Positions 46,805 through 54,500 of a stretch of 64,000 bases of DNA are shown piece after piece (position 1 is the first letter of the stretch; the number at the start of each line of letters is the position of its first letter). The DNA comes from an uncultured Clostridia bacterium (lineage in GTDB: Bacteria > Bacillota > Clostridia > TANB77 > CAG-508): NCBI GenBank assembly GCA_934122085.1, contig CAKOVS010000002.1, positions 112,868 to 176,867 on the forward strand, given 5' to 3'. The notes beneath the pieces were generated by a model. That model was not told where the DNA came from. It worked only from the letters and a program-made list of their open reading frames with translations, and searched no databases. Both the position numbers and the translations under genes were made by a program.

Positions 46805-47869
46805 TTATTCACTAACATATTTATCTTGTATTTCTTGTATTTTTTCATAATTATTATTCAAAATATCAAGAAAAACTTCTGCTACTTGAGGATCAAATTG
46901 TGTACCTTCACATCTTTTTATTTCATCTTTTACATGTTCAATATCAATTGGACCTCTATAACTTCTTCTACTTGTCATAGCATCAAATGTATCTGCAACA
47001 GCTGCAATTCTTGCTAAATATGGTATTTCTTCACCTTTTAACATTCCAGGATATCCTGTTCCATCATATTTTTCATGATGATGTTTTACTATTGGAATAA
47101 TATCTTTAAAAATATCTGCAGAACCTAATATATGTGCACCTATTGCTGGATGATTTTTTATTTGTGAATATTCATCATCTGAAAGTTTACTTGGCTTTAA
47201 TAATATACTATCAGGTATTCCAATTTTTCCAATATCATGGAATAATCCACCTATTCTCAAAGTTTTTATTTGATCTTCTGGTAATCCTAATTTTTGACCA
47301 ATTAGAACTGAATATTCTGAAACTCTATCTGAATGACCTCTTGTATATGTATCTTTTGCTTCTACAGCAAATCTTAAAGTTTCAACCATTTCTAAATAAG
47401 CTTTTTCAAGTTTATCATTTGATTCTGAAAGTTTATCATTTATTCTTTTTATTTCTTCCATTTGTTTAACAGATTTTATACCAGATTCAACCAACAATTG
47501 TAATTGATCAAATTTGTCACTTTTTTCACAATAGCCTTGAATATCTAATCTTTTAATTGTTTCTAATGGTGGAGCCATGTCTTTGTGTCCTGTTAATAAT
47601 AATATGTATAATTCTTTATTAAATTTTCTTATTTCTTCTACAACTTCATCTCCATGTAAAGGTGTCATCATAAAATCTAATAACATTAAATCAAAATGTT
47701 CTTTTTTTACTAATTCAATTGCCTCTACTGGATCTTGCGCCCCATAAAATTCATATTCAGAATTATCAAAAAGCACTGTTAAAGAATCAAGTATTCCTTC
47801 TTCATCATCTACTCCAATTATTCTATATTTTCTTTCTTCATTTAATTGATTTTGTAATGCTTTTCTCAT
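46805..47869 (-). CDS. Response regulator with HD-GYP (c-di-GMP phosphodiesterase-type) output domain
   Basis: A receiver domain (IGVDDEEGILDSL...DLMLLDFMMTP...LLLTGH) plus RGHSDRVSEY...LFHDIGKIGIPD...HHEKYDGTGYPGML. Confidence 0.9.
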   Translation of the reverse strand: MRKALQNQLNEERKYRIIGVDDEEGILDSLTVLFDNSEYEFYGAQDPVEAIELVKKEHFDLMLLDFMMTPLHGDEVVEEIRKFNKELYILLLTGHKDMAPPLETIKRLDIQGYCEKSDKFDQLQLLVESGIKSVKQMEEIKRINDKLSESNDKLEKAYLEMVETLRFAVEAKDTYTRGHSDRVSEYSVLIGQKLGLPEDQIKTLRIGGLFHDIGKIGIPDSILLKPSKLSDDEYSQIKNHPAIGAHILGSADIFKDIIPIVKHHHEKYDGTGYPGMLKGEEIPYLARIAAVADTFDAMTSRRSYRGPIDIEHVKDEIKRCEGTQFDPQVAEVFLDILNNNYEKIQEIQDKYVSE

Positions 47870-47945
47870 TAGTCCTCTACTCCCTTTTTGTATAAAATTT
47901 TATCACTCATCCTGAAATATATAGTCTTTTTAACTATACATTATA

Positions 47946-49766
47946 TTATTTATTTATAGGAATCAAAATATTAAATGTTGTTCCTTTTCCATCTTCTGTT
48001 TGATATGTAATGTCTCCTCCAAAATGTGCCTTTATGTTTGAATATGACATATATAATCCAAGTCCTGTACCATTTTTTCCTTTTGTTGTAACCATTTCTT
48101 TAAATAGTCTATCTTGTACTTCTTTTGGAAGTCCTCCTGCAAAGTCTGTGATAGCAATATTTATATAGTTATCTATATTACTTATTTCTAATTGTATATT
48201 TTGGTCATGTTTTCCTGCATAGGCTTGTATTGCATTTGAAATCATGTTATTTACAACTTGTACTAAAACATTTACATTTCCATGTATAATTTGATTTTCA
48301 TCTATTTTCATCAATACATTTAAATAAATATATGCATTTTTTAATTCATGTTTCATTAATATATTTACTCTTTTTATTAGCTCTGCAATTGCAAATTCTT
48401 CTGTATCATCTGTTGATAATGATGCAACAGCTTGTCCTTTTACTGTTGTTATGATATCAGACATATACTCTAAATGTGCTCTTATTTTTGGTATCCATTC
48501 TTCCATATCTCTTGCGATATCATGATGGTCTTGTGAATTTACAAGTGGATCATCTATTGATTCGTCATATTCTTTTATTAAATTTTCTAATCCTTGTGTT
48601 GCACCAGCTATAGACATAATTGGTGTCTTTAAGTTATGCGCAATTCCACCTATTAATTGTCCTAGCCCTGCTAAACGTTCTCTTTCCATTAAGATATCTT
48701 GATTATTTTTTATTGTCTCCATATCTTCTTTATGTTGTGTTATATCTTTTAATAAAAATAATGTTCCTAATGAATTATTGTCTGAATTTATAGGTGTTAT
48801 TTCTATTCTAAAATATTTTCTTATTTTTACAAATTGCTGTTCAAATGATACTGTTGTTTCTGTAGAATTTGCTTTTTTTATTGATTTTCTAATTTTTTCT
48901 ACTACTTGCTCTGAAATCTTCCTTTGTTGTAAAAATTTTATAAAATTTTTACTTCTTATATCTTCTGGACTTAGTTTAAATATATCTAAAAATGTTTTAT
49001 TAAAATCCATTATCATATTATTATCATCTAATACTACATAACCATCAGATATTCTATCAACTATTTTTTGTAAGGCTATTGGTGCAATCTTGAATAAATC
49101 AAATTTAAATATTCCAATAGTAAAACAAATTATAGTAACTGAAAACGCAATTGGAGTAGCATATATTGACATACTAATACTTCCAATACTTCCAAGCATA
49201 TTTACAATTATTGGTACTAATGACCCTATAATTAGTAATATTGCTTGTTTTGAAAAAAATCCAGAATTTTTAATAGAATATCTTAATAGTTTTATTAATG
49301 ATACTACAAAAAGCAAATATGTATAATATGTATGTACATAAAACCATGGTCCATATGTTATTGATATATTCATTGAATATTCTTTATAAAATAAATGATG
49401 AAAATCATTTGTCCAAAGTAATAACAATGACATTATTGGTATTATAAATAATAAAATATATGACCATTTAAACTTTACTTTTCCATTTTCAAATATAATA
49501 GTCATAAAGTAAAATGCAACTGGTAAAAAACAAATACTTATATAATATAAATCGAAAAAATATTTTAAACTGATATTATATTTGTCCAAGAAAATCATTT
49601 GTAATATCATACAAATTAGCCAAAATAACATTAAAGCAAAAAGTATTATAAATATTTTTGATAAATTCTTTTTTTCTTTCGGCTTTATAAGCCTTTTTAA
49701 GAAAAATATTAATATAGCAGATACAAAAACTAATATCCAAAATACTATTGAGTCTGTTGTTGACAT
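47946..49766 (-). CDS. Sensor histidine kinase with N-terminal 7TM domain, PAS-like domain, HisKA and HATPase_c
   Basis: Seven hydrophobic helices in aa 1-230. H-box GGIAHNLKTPIMSI, N-box NNMISNAIQA and G-box GTGLGLYMS. The ATG lies 3 nt after the NRPS stop, with the RBS AAGGGGA inside the NRPS 3-prime end. Confidence 0.9.
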   Translation of the reverse strand: MSTTDSIVFWILVFVSAILIFFLKRLIKPKEKKNLSKIFIILFALMLFWLICMILQMIFLDKYNISLKYFFDLYYISICFLPVAFYFMTIIFENGKVKFKWSYILLFIIPIMSLLLLWTNDFHHLFYKEYSMNISITYGPWFYVHTYYTYLLFVVSLIKLLRYSIKNSGFFSKQAILLIIGSLVPIIVNMLGSIGSISMSIYATPIAFSVTIICFTIGIFKFDLFKIAPIALQKIVDRISDGYVVLDDNNMIMDFNKTFLDIFKLSPEDIRSKNFIKFLQQRKISEQVVEKIRKSIKKANSTETTVSFEQQFVKIRKYFRIEITPINSDNNSLGTLFLLKDITQHKEDMETIKNNQDILMERERLAGLGQLIGGIAHNLKTPIMSIAGATQGLENLIKEYDESIDDPLVNSQDHHDIARDMEEWIPKIRAHLEYMSDIITTVKGQAVASLSTDDTEEFAIAELIKRVNILMKHELKNAYIYLNVLMKIDENQIIHGNVNVLVQVVNNMISNAIQAYAGKHDQNIQLEISNIDNYINIAITDFAGGLPKEVQDRLFKEMVTTKGKNGTGLGLYMSYSNIKAHFGGDITYQTEDGKGTTFNILIPINK

Positions 49767-49769
49767 GTA

Positions 49770-51503
49770 TTATATCCCCTTTCCTATCAACTTAATAAAT
49801 TGTGTTATATATTCTTTTGAAATCATAGACCAGCTAAATCCACATTTATTAAGATATTTGATTGTAAAATCAGAATTTAATTTTATATCACTATTATAAT
49901 TTAAATTATAATTATTATCAAGGTCACTGGTTATATTTTGTAATATTGTTTTTTTATTTTCATCTTGTAAAATTTTTAATATTTCTTGTTTAAAATCTTC
50001 TTCTGTAGTAATTTTTAAATTATATCCAAACTCTTTTATATCTTCTATATAATTCTCTAATGTAATAAAATTATTATTATATACATGAAATACTCTATTC
50101 TTTTTTGATACATTTGTTACAATTTTATATATTGCTTGAGCCGCTACATCAACAGGTGTAAATTCAAGATTACTTTTTAACAATGACTCTGGAATTATGC
50201 CTAATTTCATAAATGTTGCAATCTTAGTTACAAATGCATTTTCATAAACATTTTCTTGGAAAAGTCCATCAGATATTCTTGGCATTAAATTTCCTAAACG
50301 CAAAATATATGAATCAACATTTCTTGAAATTGCCTCAAAAATTTTGTTTTCCGCTTCAAATTTGCTATATGTATATACATTGTCAAGATATTGACCTATA
50401 TATAATGAACTTTCTTTAAATTCATTGTCATTTTTTTCTGCACTATAGTTTGAATTTAATTTCTTTCCTGATACTCCTGTCGTTGAAATATGATAAAATT
50501 TCTTATTATATTTTTCACAAAATTCAAGCATATATTTCACACTACTTACATTTGTTTTGTAAAAATTCTCGTATTTTCCAAAATGTGCAACATTTGCAGC
50601 ACTATTTATTACAACATCAATATCGTTTGCAATTTTATCCAGCATTTCAGATGAAAGTCCAAAATTCTCTTTGCATATATCTCCAAGAACAGGAATTATT
50701 CTTTTATTTATTAAATCACTATATTTTCCATTAAAATAATATTTTAATTTTTGAATTATTTTATTATTTATTGATAGCCCTGGCTCATTTCTAATTATGC
50801 AATAAACTTTGCCATTCTCATTTCTTATAAATTCTTCTAAAATATGTATTCCTAAATATCCAGTTACTCCTGTAAGTAAGATATTTCTTGGATGGTATTC
50901 TTCAATTTTACTTTCTTGTATAGTCTCTTTTAATATTTTCAATGTACTATCTGGTATTTCTTCAATTTTATTATGAATTATTGTTTCATTACTTAAATTT
51001 ATCTTTTCTTCCATGTCACTTACTGTAGAATATTTAAAAATATCTGAATAAGAAATTTTATTTGTAATTTTTAATAATTCTACACTTAGTTTCATTGCTA
51101 ATAATGAATCTCCACCAAGTTCAAAAAAGTTATCATTTATTCCTATTGGTTTAACATTTAAAATATTTTCAAACATTTTCACTAATTTTTTCTGAAGCTC
51201 ATTTTTTGGTGCAATATATTCTTCATTACTCATCTTAGATAAATTTTGAGGTAATGGTAATTTTTTTCTATCTATTTTTCCATTAGGAGTATATATAAAT
51301 TCTTCTAACGGAACATAATACGATGGAATCATATACCTAGGTAAGCTTTTAGATAAATACTTTCTTAATTCATATATAGATATTCTCTTATTTGCAACAT
51401 AATATGCAGAAATAAAATCTCTATTATTAGCGTTTTGTTTTACTACAGCAACTTTTTCTATATTAGGATATTTAGCAATTAACGTTTCTATTTCTCCGAA
51501 GTT
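49770..51503 (-). CDS. NRPS C-terminal segment: end of A2 (A8-A10), T2, terminal thioester reductase (R) domain; out of frame with the upstream ORF
   Basis: This frame is open from 51503 and reads (N)FGEIETLIAKYPNIEKVAV...YMIPSYYVPLEEFIYTPNGKIDRKKL (A10). GGDSLLAMKL (T) and ILLTGVTGYLGIHILEEF (the NAD-binding motif of the R domain) follow. The ORF track starts it at 51332 only because no start codon lies upstream. Confidence 0.85.
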   Translation of the reverse strand, partial: NFGEIETLIAKYPNIEKVAVVKQNANNRDFISAYYVANKRISIYELRKYLSKSLPRYMIPSYYVPLEEFIYTPNGKIDRKKLPLPQNLSKMSNEEYIAPKNELQKKLVKMFENILNVKPIGINDNFFELGGDSLLAMKLSVELLKITNKISYSDIFKYSTVSDMEEKINLSNETIIHNKIEEIPDSTLKILKETIQESKIEEYHPRNILLTGVTGYLGIHILEEFIRNENGKVYCIIRNEPGLSINNKIIQKLKYYFNGKYSDLINKRIIPVLGDICKENFGLSSEMLDKIANDIDVVINSAANVAHFGKYENFYKTNVSSVKYMLEFCEKYNKKFYHISTTGVSGKKLNSNYSAEKNDNEFKESSLYIGQYLDNVYTYSKFEAENKIFEAISRNVDSYILRLGNLMPRISDGLFQENVYENAFVTKIATFMKLGIIPESLLKSNLEFTPVDVAAQAIYKIVTNVSKKNRVFHVYNNNFITLENYIEDIKEFGYNLKITTEEDFKQEILKILQDENKKTILQNITSDLDNNYNLNYNSDIKLNSDFTIKYLNKCGFSWSMISKEYITQFIKLIGKGI

Positions 51504-54500
51504 CTATTCTAAGTCCTCTTATTTTTATTTGACTATCACTTCTGCCTAAACATATAATTTCTCCATTTTCCATATATTTTCCTAAGTCACCACTCTTATA
51601 CATATATGCATCTTTTATAAATGGATTTGCAATAAAGCTTTTTTCTGTTAGCTCTGGATTATTCAAATATCCTTTTGCTAATCCTTCTCCTGCAATATAA
51701 ATTTCACCAACAACTCCAACAGGAACTGGTTTTAAACTTTTATCCAAAATATACATTTGATTATTATAAAATGGTTTTCCTATTGTGATAAAATCATTTT
51801 TTATTTCTGTTAATGTACAATAATATGTTTCAGTAGGTCCATATCCATCATATATAATCATATCCCCATATTCTTTTAACTTTCTTACTAAACTTATTGG
51901 AACTTGTTCTCCTGTTAAAGTTAAATACTTTAAACTTTTTAAATATGGCATATTTTCTATATCATTAGCAAATATTTGCATTACAGATGGAGTTGCTTGC
52001 ATTGCTGTTATATTATTTTTTTCCATTAAATTATTTAACAATTTTGATGTTGTTTTTTCATTATCATTTGCTATAACAACCTTAACTCCTTTTTGCAATG
52101 GGATAAGGGCTTCATATGAAAATATATCAAAACTTATTGTAGCAATTGATGCAATTGCTTGATTTTCCAGATTTTTTAAATATCCTACATAATCATTACA
52201 ATAATGTGCAAAATTTATTAAAGTTCTTTGTGTTTGCATTACACCTTTAGGTTTCCCTGTTGAACCAGATGTGAAAATTATATAAAGTAAATCTGATAAT
52301 TTATTTATATTTTCTAAATTTTTATTTGGTAAATCATATATATCTTTATTTTCTAAATCTATTGAAACTTTATTTTTATAATTAATCTTATCTTTTATTT
52401 TCTCACTTATAAGTAATATTGAAGCAGACGATGTTTCAAGCATATAGCTAATTCTATCTTCTGGGAAGTTTGGATCTATCGGAATATATACTCCACCAGC
52501 TTTCATAACACCTAATATTGCAACTATCATCTCTAATGACCTATTTACCATTATACCGACTGTACTTTCTCTTTTAACATTTTGCTTATTTCTTAAAAAA
52601 TATGCTAAACTATTTGCTTTTTCATTTAATTCTCTATATGTTAACATTTTATCTTCAAATACAACTGCTATTTTATTTGGTGTTTTTTCAACTTGTTCTT
52701 CAAAAAGAGTAGAAAATGTTTTTTCTGGGTAATCATTTTTGGTATTATTAAATCCATATACAATTTTATTTTTTTCCTCTTTTGAAAGTATATCTACATC
52801 TTTAATTTTTGCATCAATATTATTCATAACAAAATGTATTATATTTATATAATGGTTAAATAATCTTTCTATTGTTTCTTTTTTAAACAAATCTGTACGA
52901 TATTCTATATTAATTGTATGAGTTTTGGGTTGTACCTCTAATGATAAATTAAATTTTGCAATATTATTGCTGATTGGTATAACTTTTATTTCTTTATCAT
53001 TTATTTTTACAGATGTTTCTTGTTTATTTTGATATGTAAACATCACATCAAATAATGGATTTCTCAATGCATCTACGTCAATTTTCAATTTTTTTACTAA
53101 CATATCAAATGGGTATGGCTGATATGTTAAATCTTCCAATAATTGTTCTTTTATTTTACTAAGAAATTCTTTAAAAGTTTCTTCTGGAATTATTTTTCCT
53201 CTTAAAACTATATTATTTACAAACATTCCAAACATTCTCTTAGTTTCATTTCTGTTTCTATTTGCCATTGGACTACCAATATTTATATCATCCTGCCCTG
53301 TATATTTATATAATAATATGAAAAATGCTGATACAAAAAACATATATGGTGATACTTCCATTTTTTTCGCATATCTTTCTATTTTTCTAAAACTTTTTTC
53401 ATCTATAATATTTGTTATTGTATTTCCATTATAACTTCTTGTACTTGGCATATTGTAATCATATGGTAAATTTAGTTGCATAAATTCACAGTCTTTAAAT
53501 TTATCTATCCAATATTTTTCTTGAAGTTTTATGGAATCACTTTTATTATAATTATCTTCCCAGACTGCATAATCTTTGTATTGAATAGGAATGTTTTTCA
53601 AATCTTCTCCATTATATAATCTATTAAATTCTATAACTAAATTGTTTAATGCTGTTCCATCCATTATTATATGATGTGTATCTAATAATAATAATGTTTT
53701 TTGATTATCTATATAATGTAACTCAACCCTAATTAATGGTGCTTTATCAATCTGAAATGGCTTTACAAAATTATTAACAATATTATTAATTTCATTTTCT
53801 GTATTTTTAAATATTGGTATTGAAAATTCAACATTATCTTTTATTTTTTGAACAACATTACCATCTTGAATTATAAATTCAGTTCTTAATGTACTATGTC
53901 TTTTTATTATTTTTTCAAATACTTTTTGTACTTTGTCTTTATTTAAAATTTCATCTGCTAGCATAGCCCAAGAAATATTATAAACAATATTATCCTCACC
54001 AATCATTTTCACACTATAATAAATCCTCTTTTGAGCTGATGATAGTGGATATGTGTCTTGAATTGGTACTTTTTCTATTTTTACTTTTGATATATCTTTT
54101 GTTTGATTTTCTGCTATATAGTCTGACATATCTTTTATTGTATAATTTGACAATATATCTTTTATATTTAATTGTACATTAAATTTTGATAAAACCTTTG
54201 TTGTTAATGTAATTGCTGTTAAAGAATCTCCTCCAAGTTCTAATAAAGTATTATTAATTCCAACTTTATCAACTTGTAACATTTTTTCTATTATTTTTAT
54301 TAATTCTTTATCAATTTCATTTCTAGGTTTTACAATTTCAAGTTCATTCTCATCAATAACTGGATCTGGCAAAGCTTTTCTATCAACTTTTCCATTTGGT
54401 GTATGTGGTAATTGTTCCATTTTTACAAAATATTGTGGGACCATATATTCTGGCAATTTTGAATATAAAACTGTTTTCAAAACTGATTTAGATACATGAC

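Noticed and set aside
46805-49766. The 7TM kinase / HD-GYP pair as the missing AgrC/AgrA receptor for the agrBD locus
   Set aside because: The kinase has a standard HisKA H-box (not the HPK10 type) and a 7TM-PAS sensor. The regulator has no LytTR domain. The pair is about 20 kb away and tied to the NRPS gene instead.
25589-51505. Both frameshift sites share the context NNN-C-GGA (CTT C GGA in the NRPS, AAG C GGA at about 25597), suggesting programmed +1 frameshifting at a rare CGG codon or a motif-specific sequencing artefact
   Set aside because: There are only two cases. The dicodon NNC-GGA is very common in intact genes of this window (for example AAC GGA, GGC GGA, GAC GGA), so an indel in the preceding codon would often create CGGA by chance. 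I recorded it but did not treat it as evidence for recoding.
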